DNA from: Setoptus koraiensis
Lineage: Eukaryota; Animalia; Arthropoda
Assembly: GCA_048013815.1 (NCBI GenBank)
Contig: CM106585.1
Coordinates: 16,306,001 to 16,370,000, forward strand
Direction: 5' to 3'
DNA length: 64,000 nt
Shown: positions 1 to 11,645 of the stretch, piece after piece
Layout of the letters: the number at the start of each line of letters is the position of its first letter
Numbering within the stretch: the first letter of the stretch is position 1
Position numbers and translations under genes: made by a program
The notes under the pieces: generated by a model
Told to the model about the DNA's origin: nothing
The model's input: the letters and a program-made list of their open reading frames with translations, nothing else
The model's database searches: none

Positions 1-320
1 ACTTTGCGCCGACGCCACCAAAAACAGTCTCAGTTAATTTCAGTTAAACTGGCCAGTGTGTGCTGCGGCATGCATTATGGTCAATCATTTCGGCCGGTGC
101 GATGCTCCATTTGAGTGCAAGTGTGCCCGTCATTAGGACGTCACCGTTGCGTCATCGTGCCAGCGTCTCTCAATTGGCCGGCCACTGGGCCGTTGGCCTA
201 TCGCCGTGTGACCCCGCTCGCTTGATGCGCCGCCGCCACACACCGTTGTGCGGCGCTGACTGATTGTGCGGCGCTGCTAGACAATCGCGCTCAATAATCA
301 GTCTGGATCGCAAGCGGCCA

Positions 321-401
321 ACTGGTCACCAACCGGCCAACAGGTGAACTGGTCACCAACTGGCCAACAGGTGCACTGGTCATCAACTGGCCAACAGGTG
401 A
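321..401. repeat. 3 x 27-bp tandem repeat, each unit containing CAACAGGTG
   Basis: Units ACTGGTCACCAAC(C/T)GGCCAACAGGTG(A/C) at 321, 348 and 375. Confidence 0.9.
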
Positions 402-1806
402 ATTGTGCGCAGCACCAATTACGCACTGCGCGGCCACTGCTAACTGTTGCCGTTAATGTTGCGTCATGGCTGCCACCGCGCCGGCGGTTAATGGCCCGTT
501 AGATGGCGGGCCAGATATAGCAACAGTGACGTCCCGATGCAACAATAGCGACGGCCAGATATAGTAATAGTGACGGCCAGATATAGTAATAGTGACGGCG
601 GTGGGCCCGCACTCAGACGCTCGCTGGGCGGCCGCGCAACGCGGCGCGACGCAGCCCAATGCGGCACAATGCGGCACATTGCGGCCGCCGATGAGGTCAT
701 CGTGATGCATAAACGACCATTGTATGCAAATGAGACGTCGTTGCACACAAGTTGCGCATACTGCACACGCTGGACAGATTGCGCAATGGCCGCTGTGGCC
801 CGGCGAACCCTCTAGGTGGCCGGTTGCGCAACGACCGGCCGGTGGCACAGTCACCGATGCTCCGAACGTATGCATCCGATAACGTATTTATGTATCTGAT
901 GATGGCATCATCTGATAATAATATTACACGAAAAACAAGTTTACGTAATGTGGACCATCCATATCATGCCCACCGCAGGTCGCTGTCGAATATACAGTGT
1001 CGACCGCACCGAACGGCAGCCGCATCCGGCCCGTCGGGTCGCATCGAACGGGCCGCGCGTATCGCCCTCAACGGGGCCAGCGGGCCCGCGGGCGACAGTT
1101 TTGTTTGTCGCGAGCGACGGTTGTGCTTGTCGCGAGCGACGGTTGTGCTTGTCGCGAGCGCCGCTAGGCGACCCACGGAGCGCCAAAGTCGGGCGACAGA
1201 ACGAGGCCAAGCCGGCCCGAGGACAACAAGCCGACACGCAAGTCGGCGCTGACAATTCGCAATTGTTGTGGTTGCAGTTGACACTTTTGGTGACTTTTGT
1301 TTGTGCGGCCACAACTGTCCGATATCAGGCGCTTCAGGTGTGACAACAACCACCGATGATCGGATTGAGTCGGTGGTTGTTGCGTAAGCGTCGGGCCAGT
1401 TCTCACACACACACACACACACACGCACAGCGGACAGATATCGCATGATATGATAATCGCGCATTCATTCATTTTGTGACCATGTCCAGCACAGCACAAG
1501 CGAGCCCATGTTGCACTTGTTGTTTTGGTCGCTTGTTTGCAACGGTTTGCAACGCCAAACAAACGCAACTCACCTGTCGCACGCTGCCGGTCGCATTGTC
1601 TAGACAAACATGCGCTGATTGTGTTGCTTTGTGTCGCGCCGGCCGCAGCAACTGACCGACGCCGACGCATCGAGTTGGCCGTTGTTGCGCAACGCCAGCG
1701 GCCTCGTTCGGGCACACTTTCACATCGTTGTTGCGCAACAGTAACGGCCCCATTCGGACGAGTGCCACTGCGGCCGACAATGGCACCAATATCGCCTTGT
1801 TAGCAA

Positions 1807-1812
1807 ATTGTT

Positions 1813-1846
<34 letters not shown>

Positions 1847-1920
1847 CTGTCGTTGTTGCTGCGGTTGTTGCCGTCGTTGTCGCCGTTGCCGTTGCTGTCG
1901 TTGTTGCCGTCGTTGTCGGC
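1807..1920. repeat. Degenerate GTC/GTT/GCC/GCT trinucleotide tract
   Basis: Read directly from the sequence. Confidence 0.85.
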
Positions 1921-2816
1921 AGGCAACAAGTGGCGAGCGAATTGTTTTCGTTGCTGAACGACAACATTGTTAAACAACCGAAATTCACACACACACACAC
2001 ACACGACGACGCAAAACATTTATTGGTTGGCGTGCTTGCGGCGAGCCCGTCAGCGAGCCGCAAATTTACAAGCGCAGCCAGTGACTATAAATATGTTACA
2101 TAACATTACAAATAATGGCCAGACAGCTTGCGGTCAGCAGCTCACATCGGCGGCGAGCGATACGATTTGCAAATATGGCCATATTTGCAAATATCGCCAT
2201 AGTTGCAAATATGGCCGGCATATTGCCGGCGCCAGCGGGTATTCACTGCTGCTGCCGGCGCATTATTGCTGCACTATTATTGGCGCATTAGTGCTGCACT
2301 ATTGGCGCGTTATGGCCGCATTGTTGCCGTCGGCCATTGTGTAATCTGGTGCACCGACAGCCAACAGCCAACAACCAACAGCCGCTGACCACCAACCGCC
2401 GACTGTTGCTGTCGAGCGACCGTCAGCCGCTCGAGTTACGTAATATGTTGCCAACTGTCAGTGAGTGACCGTTACCGCAACCCATTCCGGCGTGCGTCAG
2501 ACGCCGCGTCAGCGTTGGCACCGCATTGCATCAGCGTCATTGTGATCGTTGTTGTTATAGTGTGATTGCGCTTAAGCGGTTTATGTTTGTGTTTCCATGG
2601 CGAGCTAGCGCTCGCGAGCGAATTCTTTTGTGTTATCGTCGGTGTGGCACCATTCGCAGGCGCACTAATCACTGGCCGCCACAACAAACCCATTCTTTTC
2701 GGCTTTGCTGCGAGACAGACAAAACAACAGAATCCGTCCCGACAAAACGAAGCTCGGGCCGGCGCCTGGGGTGTCGGTTCGCAGCCGCCCGAGGGGCGCG
2801 AAGAGCGCGAAAATTC

Positions 2817-2902
2817 ATTTTTCAATTTTCAATTTTCCATTTTCCATTTTCCATTTTCGGTTTTTTATTTTCCATTTTCCATTTTCGGTTTTCTATTTTC
2901 GG
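2817..2902. repeat. TTTTC(A/C/G)-based pyrimidine-rich tandem repeat
   Basis: TTTTCAATTTTCAATTTTCCATTTTCC...TTTTCGG. Confidence 0.85.
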
Positions 2903-3859
2903 CTCTCTATCTTCTATCAGCGGTCTCCAGTTTCGTCTTTGTCTCGAAAAACCGATTCGCTCGGCCGATAACAAGTCGAGCCCGATAAGACGGCCCGTGG
3001 CTGCAACCGCTGGCCGGCCAATCTCACACCCGAGTGAGATATTGCGGCGCTCCGATTCGGTGAGAGTGGCCGGCCGGCGCTGTTCCCATTGAGCGCCATA
3101 TTTGCCGCTCGGGCTATATTTGGCGCTCGAGCGCCCGTTTGAGCGGTGCTCGCCGCACGCATATGCCCCATTAGTGCAAATGTGGAGCTCGGCGAGACAC
3201 TGGCGCTCACGTGAGAATTATTGGCCCAATTAAACGGAATCGCTTGACGCAAAAGTGGTCGCCCGGAGCGACCGCCATCCAAACAGTCAACAGTCCGCGC
3301 CGCACGGCCGCGACGGGCGCTTTCGGCGGCTCGTTCGCTCGGCGAGCGGCGGCTCCTTGGCGCCCGCAAGTGGCCAAGTGGCTCGCTGCGGGCCCGGCCC
3401 GAATCGAATCGAGCGGCACGCCGGCCGCGGCCGCGCCAGGCGAAGCCGCAGACGAAAGTTGTCCCGTCGCGGTCGTGACGCAACGCTGGCCGGCATTGCG
3501 TGCCGTTTCACTTGCCACTTTTCGGCGCACAACAATGTCGGCGTCGCGCCCCTATGCAACCCGCCGATATTGTTATCTCCGTTGATTATTTCCATTTCCA
3601 TTTCATTATTATATTGGCCGCTATTTTCATTATTATTTTCGTCGTTGTTCTCGCCGTGGTTATTCTCGTTATTATTTTCATTCTCATTTGGCCGGTTATT
3701 GTCCGCGTCGGTCGTCGCCGGCGTCGGTTATTGTCAGCCGGTCAGCTGAGTGTTATTGCCGCCGTTATTGGGGTCATTAGAATGCAAATGGGCAATCGCA
3801 TCGTCGTCTGTCTCTGTTCGGCGGCTCGCTCGCTTTGTTGGTGGTTCGCGCCGAACATT

Positions 3860-3968
3860 CGGATTGCGCAACCGGCGACTTTCGGATTACGCAACCGGCG
3901 ACGTTTTGATTGCGTAACCGGCGACTTTAAGATTGCGCAACCGGCGACGTTCGGATTGCGCAACCGGC
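3860..3968. repeat. 5 x 23-bp tandem repeat, each unit with a TTRCGYAA palindrome
   Basis: Cores at 3864, 3887, 3910, 3933 and 3956 (exact 23-bp period). Confidence 0.95.
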
Positions 3969-4830
3969 AGCGTGACTCGCAACTCAAACGGGCAACTTGG
4001 CTCGACGCTAGACGGTGTGTGCGCCAGTCGCAAATTGAGGCCGCCGGCTCGGCATATCAATATACGTCAACGAGTTGCACGGCGAGCAGTCGCCACTGAC
4101 AAGTTGTTTATTGAGCGCATTGGCAGATGCGCTCGCCTCGGGCCGGGCCGCTCGGACGCCGCCGAGCGGGTAACTCACGCGCCGGCGGGCCGCTGACCGG
4201 CGCACACATTGCGTTTGTGAGGCGGTGTGCAACAGGTTGCCATTAGCGGCAACGGCGGCAACTGTGGCCAATCAATGAGTAATGAGTTTTGCTGTTTTGC
4301 ATTGATTGCTCATCATGATGAATCATCATCATCATCATGTTCCATTGGCACACATTCCCGCTGCTCCGAACGACGATAATTTAAGCATCGTCGTCATGAC
4401 GCAACGCACTTTACCTGCGCTTGCTCGAGCGCTTGCTTGCTTGTGTGGCCAGTGGCCGCTCACCTGGTCAGTGGCTAGATAGTCGCAGCATTGCGCAATG
4501 CTGCGCCGGTTGCGTAATTTAGAGCCGCTCGTAAGTAAGCAACGGCATGCATCGATTAAAACATCACAAACACACAATCTCAGCCGTTCTCACACCTGGA
4601 TGCTCTTGATTAGCTTGCTCATCATCATTTTGTGTGTCAATGGTTCTCGTTGGCTGCTTACGTCACTTAAATCAGCTGGCCGGTCACAAGTGACGCAACT
4701 CCGTGAGCTCGGCCGACTGACAGCGGCCGCTTGTTGCGCAATTGTTTACCGCGGCATAACGGTACTTCACTGTGCAAACATCGCCAGTCCGGTATCGTCT
4801 CGCATACGCAGCTCACGTAGCCAGTGTGCA

Positions 4831-4902
4831 ACTCGCAACACTCACAACACTCTTAATACTCACAATACTCACAATACTCGCAATACTCACAATACCCACA
4901 AT
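4831..4902. repeat. 8 x 9-bp ACTCACAAT-type array
   Basis: Read directly from the sequence. Confidence 0.9.
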
Positions 4903-5129
4903 ACCCCAAGTGCGGCTTGCATGCACGGGGTACTGTGGGCGCAAACAAGCGGCCGACCGGTATGCTAAAATGGCAGACCGGCGATGACCGCGCGCGGCTA
5001 TTTGACGGCCATCGCGCGGTGATTCATCATCGTTAACGGTCACAATTGTTGTTTCTGGCGATGACCGTGATGAGCAGCGCCACCAAACAAGGCTCGCTTT
5101 GTTTGCTTTGCCGTGCGCCCGCCGACACT

Positions 5130-5204
5130 CGCCGAGATTCGACGAGATTCGACGAGATTCGCCGAGATTCGACGAGGTTCGCCGAGGTTCGCAGATTCGC
5201 CGAG
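5130..5204. repeat. ~7 x 10-bp CG(A/C)CGAG(A/G)TT array
   Basis: Read directly from the sequence. Confidence 0.9.
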
Positions 5205-6130
5205 TCGAGATCCGAGCTTGGCGAGCGATTCGAGCGTCTCGGCCAGACAATCTAGGTGAACGCCGGCACGAACATGTCGATATTTCATCGCCGCCCGTCT
5301 CGCTGTTCCGAAGCCGCGATTGTCTCGCCGGCCGGCGCGGACGGGCCGGCTCGTCAGTGAGACGCGGGTCGCGCCGGCGACGTTCATCGGCGGCCCCACC
5401 GGCTCGCGTATTCGGACGCGATTGATTCCTACTGATTCTGGCCCATCGTTCAGCCCATTATTGTACAGTGGCCGGCCCGGACACTCGGGCGGCTCTGGAG
5501 GGTGCATGTGCGGACCCGGCCCTCTGTCGGGCCAATTACAACCGGCCCGGTTGTAATGGGCAGTAATGGCCGATAATAAGCAATAATAAGTAACTGCGCT
5601 AATCGCCGACCATCAAGCCGTTGCATCGCGCCGTGATTGTTATCTGGAGCGCGCCGTCGAGCGTCGTGCGTCGCTCACTAATTGATGTCGACCGGTCGAC
5701 GGTTTGCATTAAAAAATGAATATAATTGATTGCGGTCCGCCACTGGCCGGCAGCGGTGCCGTCGAGCGGTGCGGCTCCCCGCTGCGAGCCAATCACATTA
5801 CGGGCACACCAATATCACACACACACACACACACACACACGCAATACACGCAATGCGGGCAATTGGCATTTGAGAGCGTCGGCCGTGCGGTGCCGGCCCG
5901 ACCGCAACAAGTGGCCGCCGTTGCGGGCCAACAAGTGAATGTTTCTCGTTTTCTCGGCTTCTCCGCTTCTCGGCGCCGCTAGCCCACTGGCCCAGTGACT
6001 CAGTGACGCACCAGCCCGCAAACTCTCCAAATCAGCTCACCGGCTGACCGGGCATCGGCCGCTCGGACGCAAACTGTTTGCGGCCGAGCAATCTGTTGCT
6101 CAGGCGAGCTGTTGCATAATAGCCACAATC

Positions 6131-6190
6131 GGCCATTATGCAACGGGCCATTATGCAACGGGCCATTATGCAACGGGCCATTGTGCATCG
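6131..6190. repeat. 4 x 15-bp GGCCATTATGCAACG array
   Basis: Three perfect units and one degenerate unit. Confidence 0.92.
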
Positions 6191-7856
6191 TCGGCCATTG
6201 TGAGACCGCTGGCAGCAGCAAGTGACCTTGGCGCAACACAACACGGCTCGTGCCGGACATTACGCGGCGTTACGTAACGCGACGTGACGCAAACAGCGAC
6301 GCGATGGTCAGTCAGAGCGGCGCAGTGATGCCAATCGCATGATTAATGTTCTCGGGCGGACGTTGCGTAATAATTGAGCGAGCAGTGCAGCACAGTGGTC
6401 AGTTGTTGCGCAATCGGGCGACGGGCAGCTCCATTATGTTGGTATTGCAATAAATATTACAACAAATATTATAATAACAGCGTAATATTAATTGTGGCTG
6501 GCAGCGCAAATGGCTCCTCGGGAACAACTCAGCTGGAATGAGCGTCAAGGTCTCGTCGGCGCAAGGTGTGTCCGACAAGCGACCAGCGCCATTGTCCCGC
6601 GGCTCCGCGAGACGCCAGTGGCCGGCCCGCAGAGCTGCAGCCTCGGAGAGAGTTCTTTTGGCCCGAGAGTTCTTTGTCGTTCGGCGTTCGCTGTCCGACG
6701 TTCGGCGTTCGACGTTCGGCGTTCGCTGTCCGATGTTCGCGCTTCGAAGCGCGGACCGCCGAACGAGAGAACGAGCGGACGAGCGGACGGGACAACGCGA
6801 CTCCTGTCACGAGAGAGCCCTCGCGAGCCGCGCCGACGCAACTGGCGGCGATAGCGAACAGGGCAACTCGCAACGCTCCCACTGACACCAATTTGCTCGC
6901 CTGGCGTTGCCTTGCAACGGCCGATCGACATTAGCCCGATGGCGCTGATTGGCATCTTCTCGGGCAGCATCTCGGGCGGCATCTCGGGCCGCTTCTTAAG
7001 CCGCTTTTCGGGCAGCTTCTGCGGTTTGCGCGCCGTCGGAGCGCTCGCCCGCCTCATCTATGCTAAATATAACACAACATGATGCAGAGATTTATTTTGT
7101 TATTAACGCGCGCATTGTTACATAACTTTGCATGGCCGCAGCGACGGTGGCGCTGCTCACACAGCGTCGGACACGGTCGCCGCGACGGCCGGCGGCCGGC
7201 CGACAGCGTCCGACGGCGGCGAACAAAGGCGAGCAGCGAATCGGCCGAATGAATGGCCGGCCAGCGTCCGACGCGTCGTGAAACGAAAGCACTATCGCTG
7301 GGGTCAGTGTCGTCGTGCCGGCCCGGCCGCCTTGCCCGCTCGTCGAGCCGCGGCCGTCAGAAGAGAACGGGCGAGAGAGTTGGCGAGCAACAATTCTTCT
7401 CGGGCGAGAGAATGCGCCAAAGAAGCGCGACAGCCGAAAAGAAGAAGCTGCCCGCAGTGGATGGCGTGCATCAGATAAAATGAAAAGTGGCTGCCAACAA
7501 GTGGCCGAGCTCACGACGTCCGCCCGTCAGTGAGCGTGAGCGGGCCGAGCGCGGCCCGTTGCGTGACCGGCCGGCGCTCGTAGCGAAGGGGTCGCCGGCG
7601 GGCTCGTTAGCGCCCGGTCGTTAGCGACAAAAGGAAGGGCGCACAGCATCGATTCGCGCCGGCTCCGATTCGCGCCCGACCGGCCGCTGCTATTTATAGC
7701 CGCATTTCGCCCGGGCATTTTGTGTTAAATTTGGCCAGCCGACAAATTGCGCACATCGGCGCGGTCATCGCGCTGCGCTTAAGCGTTGTGATGGCGCCGA
7801 TGTTGTGTAGTTGTGTCGGCGCGCCAGCGGAACCCGGGCCGGGCCGCCGCTCGCGC

Positions 7857-7911
7857 GGGACGAAAAGAAACGGGACGAAAAGAAACGGGACGGAAAGAAA
7901 CGGGACGAAAC
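7857..7911. repeat. ~4 x 15-bp GGGACGAAAAGAAAC array near the 5' end of the long dyl intron
   Basis: Units at 7857, 7872, 7887 and a partial at 7902. Confidence 0.9.
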
Positions 7912-7954
7912 CGAGAAAAAGAGAATGCAACAGAGAAATACGAAACGGACTTAC

Positions 7955-9747
7955 CTTTGCCCACTTGGATCTGCATCCAGCAGCCGACGTTGTCGCCCGC
8001 AAAGTCGGCCCGCACAATGTCCAGCATGTCGACCGGAAACGGGCGGAAGGTGACCGCCTTCTCGTACTGGTCGTGCCAGGTGCAGCGCAACTTGCGCGCC
8101 TGGTCCCACACCTCCTGCACGTGCTGGTCGTATTGTATGACGATGGTGTTCTCGAAGTACGTTCCGCTGCCCGTTTGGCCGCCCATCCCGTACAGGCCGT
8201 TTTGGGTATTGCCCTGGGTACCGCAACTGTTGATGCTAATGTCGAAATAGGCGCTCGCCTTGCCGCTCTGCGGGGTCACGTGCGAACACTGGGCCGAATT
8301 GTAGTGGCCCTTGCTGAATATGATGCCGTTGAATATTTTGTCGAATTCGATGCTCACCTTCATGAGATTCTTTTCGCACTTCACCTCCAAATTCACTATT
8401 TTCGGTATGTCGGGCGTGGGCAGGGGCCAGTTCTCTTGATTTTGGCCCGACGACGACGACGACGACGACGTTGTCAGCGCGGACGACCCGATGCCCGGCG
8501 GCGAAGCCGCGATCACCGGATGTTGGGCGCTCGAGGCGGCGCTCAGCTGGGTGCTGGAGGCGCTGTGCGCCAGATCGCTCTCAATAGAGTTAGAGTCGAG
8601 GCTTGCGTACATGGCGCTGCTGGGCTGTTGCTGGCTGTTGACCACTTGTTGTTGTTGTTGTTGTTGTTGCTGCTGTTGTTGTTGCTGTTGCTGGTTGACC
8701 ATGATGTCGGCCGGGTGCTGTTGGCGGTGTTGCGGTTGCCCGGGCGCCTGCTGCTGTTGTTGCATCATTTGGGCCTGGGGTTGTTGTTGGGCGTTGACCA
8801 TTTGCTGCTGGGCGGCCACGGCCGGGTTCGGGTAGCCGTTGGCCGCGGCGGCGGCCACTGCCGCTGCCACCGCTGCGCTGGGCCCCATGAAGGCGCCCGC
8901 GGGCAACTGGCCCAAATGGGGCCCGCCAGCGTGCTGGCCGGCGTTGTTGGGCGGCTGGGCGGCTTGGCCGAATTGGGCCAGTTGTTGTTGTTGCTGGACG
9001 ACGGGCAGCTTGTGCAGGTTTTGCATTCGGGCAGCGGCCGCGGCCATGTTGATACCGTGATGCTCCATCATTTTGGGCTGCTGCTGTTGCAGCACCCCGA
9101 AGAGCGGATTCTGTTGCTGTTGCTGTTGTTGTTGCTGTTGCGGGTTGTGGTGGTTGCTGTAGAGCGCCGGGCCGGCCTGGTTCATCATGGCCTGCATGTC
9201 GTTGGCCTGGCGCGCGCGCAATCGGTGGCGAGACAATTGGGGCAAAATTTAGTATTTTGGGGTATTTTGGGGTATTTTGGCTATTCTGGCACCGGTGGCG
9301 TCACGCGATCGCATGAGTCCGCCGGTGCCCGATAGTGGGAGCGATGGTGAGTGATCGGGAATTAAATGAAATTAAAAACTTCGGGGGGGGGGGGCAACTT
9401 ACCCGCACGGTGAAGCCCGACTTGTGCTCGGCGGCGTCCGCTTGCGACTCGGCGGCCATCAGATCGTCGCTGGAGAAGGCGTCCGCCTGATTCGACGACA
9501 TGCCCTTGTCAATGTCTGTGCCGCCCACAATGGAGGCCACATTTTGCCCGTTGTCTGAGTGTGAGTGATCGTTGGGCCCGAAGGCGCCAATTGTGGGTGT
9601 GCGGCCCACGGCGGCGATTGCAATTGTCGCCAATAGGCCCGACAATAGCAAGCTGCTGGTCAATTGGTGCTGATAATTAATTGTTGACAATCGCGCCGAT
9701 TTGTGACGCGCAAATCTCTGACGGTGGCTAGTAGTGGTTTGTGTCAT
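7955..9747 (-). CDS. dyl: ZP-domain cuticle/apical ECM protein, dusky-like (5' partial; exons 9403-9747 and 7955-9206; remaining ZP-C exons lie left of the window)
   Basis: ZP-N sequence VKCEKNLMKVSIEFDKIFNGIIFSKGHY...QEVWDQARKLRCTWHDQYEKAVTFRPFPVDMLDIVRADFAGDNVGCWMQIQVGKG matches the dusky/dusky-like family as I recall it. Phase-0 intron 9207-9402 (CGG|GTAAGT ... CGCCAG|GCC). Donor AAAG|GTAAGT at 7954. Hydrophobic leader LTSSLLLSGLLATIAIAAVG follows ATG 9747; an upstream TTG at 9966 is not preferred. Confidence 0.85.
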
Positions 9748-10036
9748 AGTTGTGAGTTTAGTTGTGTTTGCACAAGTGGCTGTGGTTGTTGTTGTTGTTG
9801 TGGTGGTGAACGGTATCAGGTATTTTTGGGTTTGGGTTTGGCGTTGTTGTGCCTGGTGCTGCTGCTGTTGTTGTTGTGTTGCTACTGCTTGCTTGCTGGT
9901 TGCGCCTCTCTCGGCCGGTGCCGTGTTGTTGCGTCGCTTCGACAGGTGATGGGATATTTCTAACATGTTGTGTCGTAGCGGCTATTGTTTGGTCGAGTAA
10001 CTTTGCTGTTGTATTTTGATTTTGATTCTTTTATAA

Positions 10037-10127
10037 AATATTGTGAAATATTGTGAAATATTATGAAATAGTATGAAATATCATGAAATATTATGAAATA
10101 TCGTGAAATATAAATATAAATATAAAG
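10037..10127. repeat. 7 x 10-bp AAATATTRTG-type array plus (AAATAT)n upstream of dyl
   Basis: Read directly from the sequence. Confidence 0.9.
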
Positions 10128-11474
10128 CTAGGTGTGAGGCTGTTCGAACTTCGACGAGAGTGGCCACTGCTGAAAATGACCGGCGATGCGATTTGATGCA
10201 AGGCGATGCGAGTTGATGCAAGGCGATGCGAGGCGATGCTCGGCGGATTGCAACGAATAATCAATGATGACACAATCTGGCTTGTCGATCTGTTTTTGGC
10301 TGCGCTGTGGCCGGGCGAATCGGTGACGGTAACGTAATTATTGGATGCACAAACATGTAAAAAAATGATGTTAGTGGTTGTCGCGGCTAATGAGAGGCGG
10401 AGATACGAGCTGACCGTTACTGTTAGCTGGGCTTGCTATGATCGCCTCGATGATGCTCGAAATGAAATATTTATTGGTGCACTGTCGACAATCTGGCCGC
10501 TGCTTGTGCTTTTGGCTTGTGTGTCTAGATTGCAGTGATAGTTACGTAAGTGAGATATCACTCGCTATCAACTTTTTGGTATCAGCTTGCCGCTGCTATC
10601 AACTTGTTTGCCTGTTTTGCTGCTTGTTTGCTGCTGCTGCTGCTGGCTCGACGATGCGCCGGTGATGCAACTGACAATGTTGTTGTGCAACAAGGTCTCG
10701 GCGAGTGGAAGCTCGGCGGTGAGCGGAGGTCGGCGCTAGTTGGTGCCGGCTTGTTGCTAATGCGATATTATAATGCGAGCGCACCGATATTGAATTGAGC
10801 GCTGTTGCTGTTGCCGTTTGCTGTTGCCGTTTGCTGAAAACTTGTTGTTGTTGCTGCTGCTGCCCCGATCGGCTAATTTGTCAAAGATCCGGCGCCCGCT
10901 CACACGATGCGATACTGACGATGCTGACGATGCGGACGGTGCTGCCGACGATGCTGCCGAGACGCTCAGGTGATGCTCAGGTGAATGGCGATGCGCAACG
11001 CTCGCTCAGGTAGTAGCGCTGCCGGCTATATTAATAATAATAATGATAATCTGACCGTTAATCAACTAGTTCATAGATGCTATGAGTGTGCTATGAGCCG
11101 AGTGTGTTGCGCAACTTGCCGCTAACAAATTCAACTTTTGGCCTCAAGTTGACTTTGACTTTGGCTCGCTTGTGCAGCTAACTGGATCTTTATCTATTTG
11201 CCACTCTTGTAACTGGCCCTGGTATTTGGCCAAACTGACGATGATGCACTTGTAATGAGCGCCGATGATGCCGCTAGTTGTGTGTGTGTGTGTGTGTGTT
11301 GCTAACTTTGAAATTCTAACACTGCGCCAATGCTTACAACTAACTGGTTAGCCGATGATGATGCAAAAGAAGTTTGCGGCTCGCTGCAGAACTGCAAATG
11401 TTAATCCAACCTGTTGCTGCTGTTGCTGTTGCGCAAGAATTGAAATAGTCCAACTTTAGTTAGTTAGTCACTTA

Positions 11475-11645
11475 GTGTGTGTGTGTGTGTGTGTGTGCGT
11501 GTGTGTGTGTGTGTGTGTGCAAATGGATTCGATGCGATGCGATCCGATTCGGCAACACCGACGACGACGACGACGACGACGACGATGATGATATTCAACA
11601 CTTATTCCACTTCTCTCTCTCTCTCTGTCTCTCTCGCTCGCTCTC
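11475..11645. repeat. Compound microsatellite (TG)n - (GAC/GAT)n - (CT)n
   Basis: Three adjacent simple repeats. Confidence 0.9.

Noticed and set aside
3860-3968. CRISPR-like appearance of the 23- and 27-bp arrays
   Set aside because: They are head-to-tail repeats without unique spacers, in a eukaryotic context with no cas genes.
5040-5507. 155-aa minus-strand ORF with a somewhat protein-like N-terminus
   Set aside because: No family motif is recognised, and its 3' third is the 10-bp repeat array.
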